The position numbers were made by a program, and so were the translations under genes. The notes below the pieces were generated by a model. That model saw nothing but the letters and a program-made list of their open reading frames with translations. It was not told the DNA's origin and searched no databases. Shown piece by piece: positions 10,290-19,394 of a DNA stretch of 64,000 bases; within the stretch, counting starts at the first letter, position 1, and the number at the start of each line of letters is the position of its first letter. Location of the stretch: NCBI GenBank assembly GCA_029263295.1, contig JAJCXT010000108.1:2724-66723 (forward strand), written 5' to 3'. This DNA is from Acidobacteriota bacterium. Its GTDB lineage: Bacteria > Acidobacteriota > UBA890 > WLXD01.

Positions 10290-10937
10290 TTACTTGGCGG
10301 GGATAATCTCGACGCGCATCACGGGGTTGCGCCAGTCGTACGTCATCTTGGGAAGGTCACCATCGCCGCGGATGCCCGCGTGAATGTGAACGAAGCCCTC
10401 GCGATCGCTCCGCGCACGTGCGCCACCACTTCCGCACGGCGGACCGGGGATCTTGGCGCAGCTTTCGTTGTTGGCTTCGCTGCCCGCGTCGTAGGCAGGA
10501 ATCGTGAAGTGGCGGCGTCCGGCGAGGGTCGACAGGTCGTAGCTGTCGAGGCCCGCGAACGCATCGTTGGTCGTCACCAACATGGAGGCCAGACTCAGAA
10601 AGTCGCCGTCCGCGATCGTGATCTCGACGCTCTGCGTGGCTCCCGGAAGCAGCGGGCCAGCCGCCATTACCCACTCTGTGACCTCGGCGCCGGCATCGTC
10701 GAGCGCCGCCGTCAATCCGGACGCGTCGGCGTCCTCCGCCAGCGCTGCGAGCCCGGCGCTGGCCTTCTTGCCAACCTTGAACATGCGGACTCTGTTCGAG
10801 TGGGTCGCGATGACCGCCGGACTCATGATCTGACCGCGGGTCAGGTTGGTGATGCGAATCTCGTAGGTCTGGGCGCTGGCGTTGCCAGCGACGATCATCG
10901 CCGCGGCGATCGCCATGAAACTGAGTAGCTTGCGCAT
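10290..10937 (-). CDS. Secreted spondin_N domain protein
   Basis: Signal peptide; YEIRITNLTRGQIMSP, LAEDAD, ASMLVTTNDAFAGLD, YDAGSEANNE. Confidence 0.82.
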   Translation of the reverse strand: MRKLLSFMAIAAAMIVAGNASAQTYEIRITNLTRGQIMSPAVIATHSNRVRMFKVGKKASAGLAALAEDADASGLTAALDDAGAEVTEWVMAAGPLLPGATQSVEITIADGDFLSLASMLVTTNDAFAGLDSYDLSTLAGRRHFTIPAYDAGSEANNESCAKIPGPPCGSGGARARSDREGFVHIHAGIRGDGDLPKMTYDWRNPVMRVEIIPAK

Positions 10938-11007
10938 TCTGGTGCACTCCTTGAGGCGTCAGTCCACGGGGAATCCGTCAACTAACCACGACTATGGGGT
11001 GACCGAC

Positions 11008-11045
11008 TCACGCGGCGCTCACGCGTTCATCACGAAAGCATCACG
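11008..11045 (-). promoter_or_regulatory. Four direct repeats at 11-bp period, candidate OmpR-family binding array
   Basis: TCACG (plus strand) at 11008, 11019, 11030 and 11041, upstream of the spondin gene. Confidence 0.7.
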
Positions 11046-11068
11046 GCTGGCACCAGGTGTGCTCGCGC

Positions 11069-12520
11069 TTACGCCAGCGGCAGCTGAATCCTGAACGTGG
11101 TGCCCTGACCGGGCGCGCTGGAGAAGTCGATCCGGCCACGATGGAGTTCGATCGCACGCTTGGCAATAGCCAGCCCCAGACCGCCACCACCCTGGCCGGT
11201 GTCGCTGGTACCGCGATAGAAGCGTTCGAACACGTGGGCCTGGTGCTCGGGCGGAATACCGTCGCCGGTATCCCTCACCGAGAGTTCAACGCCGCCGGGC
11301 TCGCGGCCCGCGGCGATGTCCACACTGCCGCCGTCGGGCGTGTGATGCAGCGCGTTGTCCAGCAGATTGGACAACGACCGCTCGATGAGGCGCGGATCGC
11401 CGACGATCTCACAGTCGGCGATCGCGAGGTCGGTGCCGAGATCCACGCCCCGGCGCTCGGCGACCACGCGATAGCGCCGAGCAACATCACGGACGAGTTC
11501 CTCGAGACCGAACGTCTCCGTCATGGCGGGCACCTCGAGCGCATCGAGACGGGCGAGTTCGAACAGTTCGTCGATCAAGCGGCTGAGCCGCTCGCCGTGA
11601 CGAATTGCGACTCCCAGATGCTCGTCCCTCTCGACGTCGGTCAGGCGGTTCCCCTGCAGACGAACTGTCTCGATGTAGCCGGTCAGATGCGCCAGCGGCG
11701 TACGCAGGTCGTGCGAGACATTGGCGACGAGCTCGCGGCGCGACCGGTCGGCGCGACTCAACGCTTCCACCTGCGAACGAATGCGCTCGGCCATGCCGCG
11801 GAACGATGCCTGCAGGCTGGCAACCTCGTCCCCACTGGCTGGCCGCTGCTCTGTTGGCGTGCCCGCCAACGCGGCGGTGAAGTCGCGCACCTCCTGTTCA
11901 AGACCGACTAACGGTCGCGTCAGTCGGTGCACGAGCGTCGTACCCACGACGAGCGTGATCGCTACGATGGCAAGCCCGATCCAGGCGGCAAGGCGCAGCA
12001 TGTAGTTGCGGCCCAGCATGGCGGCCACGCCGTCATAGGCTTCGCCCGCCAGTACGATGTAGACGTACCCGAACTGCACACCGTCGCTGGCAAGGGCTGC
12101 CGCCGAGAACACCTTGCGCCCCTGCGAACGCGGATCGTCGCCCAAGACCGGTCCATCGCCCTCGCCCTCGAGCAGGCGCTGCACGGGCGCCAACGACACG
12201 CGGCGTCGCTCCACGTGCCCCTCGGGTGCGGAGAACGCCAGGATCTCGCCGGTCGCGTCCAAGAGGTAGACCTCGATGGCCGGATTCACATGCATCAGTT
12301 CGGTGAACAGCGTGGCGAGCGACTCCTGATTCACCTCCTCGCCATCGACCAGCGCGTACGTATCGGCGATGTGGGTCGCCAGCTCCGCATTCAGCCGCTG
12401 CTGCACTTCCTGCTCGTACATGCGGCTCGTCCGCACGGTGAGCGCCAGAAACCCCGCGCCGGCAATGACGAGGAGTGCCGCCAGGCCGGCCGTGAGTTTG
12501 GCCAGGAGTGATCTACCCAT
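11069..12520 (-). CDS. Sensor histidine kinase (HAMP-HisKA-HATPase)
   Basis: Two TM segments; VSHDLRTPL H-box; NLLDNALHH, DTGDGI, GLGLAIAK. Confidence 0.93.
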   Translation of the reverse strand: MGRSLLAKLTAGLAALLVIAGAGFLALTVRTSRMYEQEVQQRLNAELATHIADTYALVDGEEVNQESLATLFTELMHVNPAIEVYLLDATGEILAFSAPEGHVERRRVSLAPVQRLLEGEGDGPVLGDDPRSQGRKVFSAAALASDGVQFGYVYIVLAGEAYDGVAAMLGRNYMLRLAAWIGLAIVAITLVVGTTLVHRLTRPLVGLEQEVRDFTAALAGTPTEQRPASGDEVASLQASFRGMAERIRSQVEALSRADRSRRELVANVSHDLRTPLAHLTGYIETVRLQGNRLTDVERDEHLGVAIRHGERLSRLIDELFELARLDALEVPAMTETFGLEELVRDVARRYRVVAERRGVDLGTDLAIADCEIVGDPRLIERSLSNLLDNALHHTPDGGSVDIAAGREPGGVELSVRDTGDGIPPEHQAHVFERFYRGTSDTGQGGGGLGLAIAKRAIELHRGRIDFSSAPGQGTTFRIQLPLA

Positions 12521-12521
12521 G

Positions 12522-13250
12522 TCAGGCCTCCGCCCGCGGATCGTGGAAGCGGTAGCCGACACCCCAGACTGTGTGCACGTAGCGGGGCGCACCCGGATCC
12601 GGCTCGATCTTGGCCCGGAGCCGGTTTACGTGCGCATTCACAGTGTGCTCCTGGGCGCCATAGGAGCCGCCCCACACGAGGTCCAGCAACTGGGTGCGCG
12701 TGTAGACGCGTCCCGGGTTGGACGCGAGTTGCAGCAGCAGATCAAACTCAGTGGCCGTCAGCTCCGCGCGTTGCCCGTCCACGGTCACGCCGCGACTCGT
12801 TGGATCAACGACGAGACCACCGACTACCAGTCGCTTGTCCGGGTCGGCCTGAATGCTGCGCGCGAGTTCCACCCGCCGCAGGATCGCCTTCACCCGCGCG
12901 GTGAGCTCGCGGATGGCGAACGGTTTCACGAGATAGTCATCGGCGCCGAGTTCGAGCCCGACGACCCGATCCGTCTCGTCTGCGCGCGCCGTCAGGATCA
13001 GGATCGGCGTGTAGTCCTGCCGCTGGCGTAGTTCGCGACACAGGTCCAGCCCGTCGCCATCCGGCAGCGTCAGATCCAGGATCACCAGCACCCGCTCTCG
13101 CGCCCGCAGCGCGCGGCGCGCCGATCCGAGATCAGGCGCAACGTCCACTTCGAAGCCCAGTGGCGTCAGGTTCAACTGGAGCAGGCGGCCCAAGTCCGGT
13201 TCGTCTTCGACGACCAGGACCGAGGGGTGACTCTGTGTGGCAGTAGGCAT
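12522..13250 (-). CDS. OmpR-family response regulator
   Basis: VLVVEDEP, DLTLPDGDG, GADDYLVKPF, TVWGVGYRF. Confidence 0.94.
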   Translation of the reverse strand: MPTATQSHPSVLVVEDEPDLGRLLQLNLTPLGFEVDVAPDLGSARRALRARERVLVILDLTLPDGDGLDLCRELRQRQDYTPILILTARADETDRVVGLELGADDYLVKPFAIRELTARVKAILRRVELARSIQADPDKRLVVGGLVVDPTSRGVTVDGQRAELTATEFDLLLQLASNPGRVYTRTQLLDLVWGGSYGAQEHTVNAHVNRLRAKIEPDPGAPRYVHTVWGVGYRFHDPRAEA

Positions 13251-13262
13251 CGCGACAGCGTA

Positions 13263-13289
13263 TGACGTGCTTATCACGAAAGGTTCACA
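13263..13289 (-). promoter_or_regulatory. 11-bp-period repeat upstream of the response regulator, candidate autoregulatory box
   Basis: TGACG 13263, TCACG 13274, TCACA 13285; ATCACGAAAG at 13273-13282 is identical to 11029-11038. Confidence 0.65.
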
Positions 13290-13408
13290 TTCCGGCGGTT
13301 TCCGCGCACGAGCATTGGCGCCTTCATCCTGCCCGCGGAGCAGGGCAGACCTTCCGCCACTCAACCTTGCGTGGTATCCCTAGGGTCCCCCTGCTGCCGG
13401 GAGACTGT

Positions 13409-14755
13409 ATGCGCGAAACCTGGGCCAGCCGCTTCGGGTTCATCATGGCCACCGCCGGATTCGCCGTGGGGCTCGGCAATATCTGGCGCTTCCCGTACAT
13501 CACGGGAATGAACGGCGGCGGAGCGTTCCTGCTGCTGTACCTGGTGATCGTCTTGTTCATCGGTGTGCCGCTGATGACCGCCGAGATCAGCCTGGGGCGG
13601 CGCACGCAGCTGACGCCGATCGCCGGCATGTGGAAGCTCACCGGCAGGCGCTGGCATCCGTGGAACCTGTTGTCGTGGCTGGGCGTTGCCGCTGCCGTGA
13701 TCATCAATGCGTACTACATCATGCTGGTGGCGTGGATCGTCGGCTACTTCTTCATGATTGCCAGCGGCCGCTTCGCCGGTGCCAGTCAGGAGGAAGTGGC
13801 CACGACCTACGCGGTGTTCACGACGAGTCTGGGGCCGATGTTCCTGTACTCGTTCCTGCTGATCGCCTTGATGGCAACGCTCGCCGCACGCGGGCTGCGC
13901 GATGGCCTCGAACGCATGGCGCGGGTGGCGATGCCGCTCCTGTTCGTACTGATGGTCGCCCTGGCGGGGTGGTCGATGACCTTCCCCGGAGCACGCGAAG
14001 GACTGGCGTGGTTCCTCACGCCGAATTTCAGAGCCATCACTCCCGCCACGGTTCTCGCCGCGCTTGGCCAGGCTTTCTACTCGATCGGCATCGGCATGGC
14101 CGCGGCCTTCGCGCTCGGGAGCTTTCTGGATCGCGACTCGTCCGACGTGCCCGGCAACGCGGCCATAGTGGTCGCCTGCGACACCGCCGTGGCCGTACTG
14201 GCGGGGCTGGTGATGTTCCCCGCGCTCTTTGCCTTCGGGCTCGAGCCCGACGCCGGCCCGAGTCTGCTGTTTCTCACCATGACCAACCTGTTCGCGCAGA
14301 TGCCGGGAGGAGCCCTCTTCGGCGGCGTGTTCTTCCTGCTACTGATCCTGGCCGGGATGACGTCGCTGGCGGCCATGTACGAAGTCTTGACGGCCACGCT
14401 CATCGACGCCACCGGGATGCCTCGTCGCGTCGCAATCGCCGTGGTGGCCGTGGGGTGGGCGGTGCTCGTCACGCCAGTGCTGCTGGCGCAGGGACCCTGG
14501 GCGGGGACCTGGGCCTTCGGCATGGGTCTGTTCGCTCTCATGGACCACGCTTCAGGACAGATCATCCTGCCAGCGGCCGGACTCATGGTGGCACTCTTCA
14601 CTGCGTACGGCTGGGGCTACTCCGCTTTCCGCGACGAAACGAACCGCGGCGCCAGCAGGTTCCAGGTCAACGCCGCGTGGCGGCCGCTGGTCGTGATCCT
14701 GATACCACTCGCCGTAGCCGTCGTGGCGTTGGTGGGTTGGGGCCTGATCGGCTAG
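13409..14755 (+). CDS. Sodium-dependent transporter (NSS/SNF family)
   Basis: WASRFGFIMATAGFAVGLGNIWRFPY, ALGQAFYS; many TM helices. Confidence 0.92.
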   Translation: MRETWASRFGFIMATAGFAVGLGNIWRFPYITGMNGGGAFLLLYLVIVLFIGVPLMTAEISLGRRTQLTPIAGMWKLTGRRWHPWNLLSWLGVAAAVIINAYYIMLVAWIVGYFFMIASGRFAGASQEEVATTYAVFTTSLGPMFLYSFLLIALMATLAARGLRDGLERMARVAMPLLFVLMVALAGWSMTFPGAREGLAWFLTPNFRAITPATVLAALGQAFYSIGIGMAAAFALGSFLDRDSSDVPGNAAIVVACDTAVAVLAGLVMFPALFAFGLEPDAGPSLLFLTMTNLFAQMPGGALFGGVFFLLLILAGMTSLAAMYEVLTATLIDATGMPRRVAIAVVAVGWAVLVTPVLLAQGPWAGTWAFGMGLFALMDHASGQIILPAAGLMVALFTAYGWGYSAFRDETNRGASRFQVNAAWRPLVVILIPLAVAVVALVGWGLIG

Positions 14756-14786
14756 GCGGCGAGGGCCCGTCGGTTAGCTCGGACGC

Positions 14787-15128
14787 CTACTCGGCGGGGG
14801 CGGCCTGCTCGGCAGGTTCGCTCCCCCTCTTCTTCTTGGGCGGACGACGCGTGTTCCAGTTGATGACTAGCTTGGCAACGGCGATCACGATGGGAGCCAA
14901 CGCGGCCAGTCCGACGACGCCTCCGGCTCGTGCCTTGCTGGCGCCCACGGCTCCGGCAGCGGTCGCCGCGACCGTACCGACCTGCGGCAGGAAGCCTGCT
15001 CCCACCTTGACCAGGCTCCGGACCGTGTCGAATTTGCCGCGTACGGCGTCGACCTCCAGCCGCAACATTTCCCGGTTCGCACGCACGCGCTCCAGCAGCA
15101 GTTGTTTTCGCAGAGCTTGCTCGCTCAT
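14787..15128 (-). CDS. YqjK-like small protein
   Basis: LRKQLLLERVRANREML; ATGA-coupled third gene after DUF883 and YqjE-like genes. Confidence 0.55.
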   Translation of the reverse strand: MSEQALRKQLLLERVRANREMLRLEVDAVRGKFDTVRSLVKVGAGFLPQVGTVAATAAGAVGASKARAGGVVGLAALAPIVIAVAKLVINWNTRRPPKKKRGSEPAEQAAPAE

Positions 15129-15502
15129 TCGGCACCTCCACCACTGCGAAACGCCTCTGCGTCCTTGCGCAACTCATCGAGCGTACTCGTGAACGGCTGC
15201 GGCGCGTTCCTGATCCGGCTGCGGGCGGTAAGACCCAGGCCAGCACCAAGGCCAAGGTAGACCACGGCCATGATCACGCTGACCAGTAGGCGCTGCTCCC
15301 AGAAGGCCAGGACCAGCACGACATTGAGGCTCAGCAACCCGGCGAACAGAAACACGACGGCAACCAGCGCGGCGATGATGGTGGCCAGTAGCCGATCGCG
15401 CTCCTCTCCAAGTTCGAAACCGAACAGATCGAACCGGGTCTCGAGCGCTTCCAGCAACCGGTTTCCGAGGCCGCTGCCGCGCGCGGCCCGCTCAGACGTC
15501 AT
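15125..15502 (-). CDS. YqjE-like (phage holin 3_6 family) membrane protein
   Basis: ETRFDLFGFELGEERDRL, two TM segments, PFTSTLDELRKDAE. Confidence 0.8.
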   Translation of the reverse strand: MTSERAARGSGLGNRLLEALETRFDLFGFELGEERDRLLATIIAALVAVVFLFAGLLSLNVVLVLAFWEQRLLVSVIMAVVYLGLGAGLGLTARSRIRNAPQPFTSTLDELRKDAEAFRSGGGAE

Positions 15503-15851
15503 CGCTCTGGCCGGAACCGCGTAGCAGCAGACCGAGTACGAACCCCACACCGGCTGCTATGCCGACAGCCAGGAGCGGATGCTGCCGGATGGTTCCCTCT
15601 GCCTCTTCCAACCCTGCACGAACCGCGGCTTCACCATCGCCGACAGTGTCGGACAATGACGACGCCGTGTCCTTCGCCGCGTTGCCGAGATCTGTCAGAA
15701 GATCCGCGAAGTTCATCCCCTCAGCGGCCTCTGCGGTCTCGGCGGTACTCGGGGCCTCCGCGCTATCGTTGGCCTCAGTGGAACTCGTGGCCTCGGGGAC
15801 GCCGCTATCCTCGGCATCAGAACCCTGGTCGCGAACATCTTCGGCGTTCAT
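15492..15851 (-). CDS. DUF883 / YqjD-ElaB family tail-anchored protein
   Basis: C-terminal IRQHPLLAVGIAAGVGFVLGLLLR; AAGGAGG RBS. Confidence 0.78.
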   Translation of the reverse strand: MNAEDVRDQGSDAEDSGVPEATSSTEANDSAEAPSTAETAEAAEGMNFADLLTDLGNAAKDTASSLSDTVGDGEAAVRAGLEEAEGTIRQHPLLAVGIAAGVGFVLGLLLRGSGQSDDV

Positions 15852-16116
15852 CGTCGCCTCCTTGATCGTGGACCTGACACTCCTATTATGAGCTAGCCTG
15901 ACGGCCAGCGCCCGCGTCGGCCCCCTCTTTCCCACCTTTGCCTCGCCGGGAATCCGCCGGCGCGCGGCTGGACCGTGGTCAGCATGCGCGACGACTGGAC
16001 CCGGTCTTTGCCGAGCCGTTGGCACGAACGAGACCGGAGACCAGTAGTTCCGGACCTCGAGACGGGCTCTTCCCGGCTGCTCAGGACGACGTGACAATTT
16101 GAGTCCGGTTCGGTAA

Positions 16117-16145
16117 TATCGGTTTCCGATAATCAAAATCCGATA
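16117..16145. promoter_or_regulatory. Candidate operator of padR #1
   Basis: TATCGG-TTT-CCGATA 16117-16131, extra CCGATA 16140-16145. Confidence 0.65.
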
Positions 16146-16158
16146 CAGGGAACCACGC

Positions 16159-16500
16159 ATGTCACCCCGTACTGTGCTGCCGCTGCCGGCTACCAGCTTT
16201 CACATCCTCCTGGCCCTGGTCGACGGACCCGCCCACGGCTACGGCATCAAGCGCGTCGTCGAGGAGCGCACCCATGGTCGTATTCGACTGGCGGCGGGCA
16301 CTCTGTACGAAGCCATGCAACGACTGAGCCGGCAGGGACTGATTGAGAATACGGAAGCGCCCGAGGAGTTCTCGGGTTCGGGCCGAGTGCGCTTCTATCG
16401 CATCACGGACACGGGCGAGGCCGAGCTTGGCGACGAACTCCGCCGCCTCGAGCAGGACGTCGCCTTCGCACGCACGAAGGTGCCGGCGGAGCAGGGCTAG
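16159..16500 (+). CDS. PadR-family regulator #1
   Basis: HILLALVDGPAHGYGI, GTLYEAMQRL, FYRITDTG. Confidence 0.92.
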   Translation: MSPRTVLPLPATSFHILLALVDGPAHGYGIKRVVEERTHGRIRLAAGTLYEAMQRLSRQGLIENTEAPEEFSGSGRVRFYRITDTGEAELGDELRRLEQDVAFARTKVPAEQG

Positions 16501-19259
16501 TGGCTCACGGCCCCGCGACACGTCTGCACCGCTGCCTGTTGCGGCTCTACCCGGCCGGCTTCCGGCGATTGCACGGAGATCAGATCCTCGAGTTCTGGAC
16601 GACGCAGCGACGCGAGCGACGCTACGCGTTGCCGCTGTTCGGCACCGTGCGCTATTGGACCGACCTGCTCGGTGACGCGCTTGGCAGCGGCTTTCGTCAG
16701 CGGCGCGCTCCTGACCACGACGATCGGGGCAATCTGCCGCGCGCGCCGCAACGACGATCGCCGGGCAACCGCCCCACAACACCGTCCTCCTCCACAGTCC
16801 TCGGGAGATTCGACTTGCTCCGACAGGATCTTCGCTACGCGTATCGTTCACTTCGCCGTCAGCCGCTGTTCACGGTAGTAGCCATCGCGACGCTGGCTGT
16901 GGGCATCGGCAGCACCACGGCGGTATTCAGCATCGTCGACACGGTGCTGTTCCGGCCGCTGCCCTATACCGACCCTGCCGGACTCGTTCTTCTCGGCCGG
17001 CTCTCGGAGTCGAACGATCTCGACAGCCTGGCGCTCCCGGAGGTGCAGGCGCTGGCCCGTCTGGGCGCATTCGAAGGCGTTGCCGCTGGTCTCCACTACG
17101 GCGTGGATGTCCAGTGGGACGAGAGCGCCGAGGTGCTCAACGGGGCGAGCGTCGGCCATCAGCTATTCGATGTGCTGGGCGTCCAGCCGCTGTTGGGGCG
17201 TGTGTACTCTGCGGAAGAAGATGTTCCGGGCGGACCGCCAGTCATTCTGATCAGCGAGCGACTCTGGCGACGTCAGTTCGCGGGCGCGCCCGACGCCGTG
17301 GGCTCGACGATGGCGTTGAACCGCGAGCCGCACGTGATTCTCGGAGTCATGCCCGACAACATCAACTTCCCGGAGGCGGGCGCGGACTTCTGGACGCCAT
17401 TCCGCGACGCCGAGATTATTCGCGATCTCGACCTGAACCCCGACAGCCGCGGCATCACTTTCTTCAGCGCTGTCGCGAGGCTGGCGCCCGGAATTACACC
17501 CCAGATCGCTCGCCTTGGAGTTCAGACTCTCTTTCGCACGTTGGACGGAGAGGAAGAGGGCGAGGGCGAGGAGGTTCGTGGCTGGACAGAGTCGCTGCAC
17601 GAGGCAACGGTCGGTGGCTCGCGCACCGGACTGCTGCTATTCCTCGGCGCGGTCGGGCTGGTCTTCGTCATCGCCTGTGCCAATGTCGCGGGCCTGTGGC
17701 TGACCCGCATCGCTGGACGTTCTACCGAGGTCGCCGTACGCACCGCGCTCGGCGCGAGTCGACGCCGCATCGTGTCGCAGCTGCTCACCGAGAGCCTGGC
17801 GCTCGCCGCTGTAGGTGGTGCTGGCGGCGTGGTCGTGGCCATGGCCGTGCAGCGTGCTCTGCTCACCATCATCCCGGCGACGATCCCGCGCCTCGACGCT
17901 GTGGAGCTCGACGGACGGGTCATGTTGTTTGCGTTCGGCCTGTCGCTGTTGGCGGCCGTCGTATTCGGCGCGCTGCCTGCGCTGAGCGCGGCAAGCCGGG
18001 GAAGCGCCGAGATTCTGCGCGAGGGCGGACGCGGCGGAGCTGCGAGCACGAAGACGACGGCCCAGCGGCTACTCGTGATCGGTCAGGTTGCCATCGCCGT
18101 CGTACTGCTCGCCGGCGCTGGGCTGTTCGCCAACAGCTACGCCCGACTGCTCAACGTCGAACTCGGCATGCGTTCCTCGGGACTCATCGTAGCCCGCCTC
18201 TCGCCGACGCTCGGCGACGACGGGACGGAGGTCATTCGCAACTTCTACGCACAGGTGCTGCAGCGAGTCACCGCACTGCCCGGCGTTGATAGCGCGGCCA
18301 TCACCTACTCGCCGCCGATGGGGCAAAGCAACTTCCGCCAGACCGTGATGACCGAGACCATGGCCGAGGACGAGGATGGGATCTGGGCGGGCAACGTCAT
18401 CATCAGCCCCGGCTATCTCGAGGTCGTTGGCGTGCCCTTGCGGCGCGGCCGGGACTTCAACGCAGGCGACATCCTTGCCGCCCCCTACGTGGCCATCGTC
18501 AACGAGCAGATGGCCGCCGAGTTGTGGCCTGGAGAAGATCCGCTCGGCAAGCGCTTCAAGTGGGGCAACGGCCTGCAAGGGTCGCTCGATTCTTTCGAGC
18601 GGGAGTTCTTTCCCCGCGACTGGCTCACCGTGGTTGGCGTCGCGGGCAACGTTCGTCGCCGCAGTCTGGCCGAAGAGCCGATTGGCGAGTACTACCGTCC
18701 GCACGCTCAGATGTCGTGGCCGTCGATGGCGCTGATGGTCTCGACAACGGGCACGAATCCGAACCTGGCAACCGACTTGCGCCGTGCCGTCGCGGAAGTC
18801 GACGGCATGGTGCCGATCTCGGACGTACGTTCGGTGCAGCAGAACGTCGCCACTTCGGTGTCCGAGCCCCGCTTCCGCCTGCTGCTCGTCGGTGGCTTCG
18901 CCGTGGTGGCATGTCTGCTGGCCATGCTGGGCGTGTACGCCGTCATGGCCTTGACCGTGTCGCGACAAACGCACGACATCGGCATCCGCATGGCGCTCGG
19001 CGCCGCGCGCGCCAGCGTGAGGAGGCAGGTCGTTGTCGACGGCATGCGCCTCGCGATCATCGGCGCGGTCGTTGGCCTTGTTGGGGCGATCGGCGCGTCG
19101 CAGTTGATCGCGACGATGCTGTACGGCGTGGGACCCACCGACCCTCTGACGTTCGCCGGCGTATTCGTCGTGACTCTGCTGGTCGCGGGCGCCGCCTGCT
19201 ACTTCCCGGCACGCCGCGCCTCGCGACTGGACCCCCTCGCCGCCCTGCGCAGCGACTGA
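16500..19259 (+). CDS. ADOP-type duplicated MacB-like ABC permease #1
   Basis: QDLRYAYRSL, LAVGIGSTTAVFS, IACANVA, RTALGASR, IRMALGA, DPLAALRSD. Confidence 0.92.
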   Translation: MAHGPATRLHRCLLRLYPAGFRRLHGDQILEFWTTQRRERRYALPLFGTVRYWTDLLGDALGSGFRQRRAPDHDDRGNLPRAPQRRSPGNRPTTPSSSTVLGRFDLLRQDLRYAYRSLRRQPLFTVVAIATLAVGIGSTTAVFSIVDTVLFRPLPYTDPAGLVLLGRLSESNDLDSLALPEVQALARLGAFEGVAAGLHYGVDVQWDESAEVLNGASVGHQLFDVLGVQPLLGRVYSAEEDVPGGPPVILISERLWRRQFAGAPDAVGSTMALNREPHVILGVMPDNINFPEAGADFWTPFRDAEIIRDLDLNPDSRGITFFSAVARLAPGITPQIARLGVQTLFRTLDGEEEGEGEEVRGWTESLHEATVGGSRTGLLLFLGAVGLVFVIACANVAGLWLTRIAGRSTEVAVRTALGASRRRIVSQLLTESLALAAVGGAGGVVVAMAVQRALLTIIPATIPRLDAVELDGRVMLFAFGLSLLAAVVFGALPALSAASRGSAEILREGGRGGAASTKTTAQRLLVIGQVAIAVVLLAGAGLFANSYARLLNVELGMRSSGLIVARLSPTLGDDGTEVIRNFYAQVLQRVTALPGVDSAAITYSPPMGQSNFRQTVMTETMAEDEDGIWAGNVIISPGYLEVVGVPLRRGRDFNAGDILAAPYVAIVNEQMAAELWPGEDPLGKRFKWGNGLQGSLDSFEREFFPRDWLTVVGVAGNVRRRSLAEEPIGEYYRPHAQMSWPSMALMVSTTGTNPNLATDLRRAVAEVDGMVPISDVRSVQQNVATSVSEPRFRLLLVGGFAVVACLLAMLGVYAVMALTVSRQTHDIGIRMALGAARASVRRQVVVDGMRLAIIGAVVGLVGAIGASQLIATMLYGVGPTDPLTFAGVFVVTLLVAGAACYFPARRASRLDPLAALRSD

Positions 19260-19394
19260 TCCGCCCGGCCGCAAGGAGAGCGCGCCGCGCATCTGCCGAC
19301 AAGAACGGTCGCGGCGTTGGCCGGCAGGTGCGCGCGTCGAAGATCGGCGTAGACTCAGCGTGAACCTCGCCGTCGCCCACCCGGAGTACCGACC

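Noticed and set aside
15125-15502. Holin-family label as prophage evidence
   Set aside because: The context is the yqjDEK-like trio; no phage genes in the window
19287-19333. 12-bp hairpin GCGCATCTGCCG/CGGCAGGTGCGC after permease #1
   Set aside because: No U-tract and no second copy seen; shows such stems are not rare here
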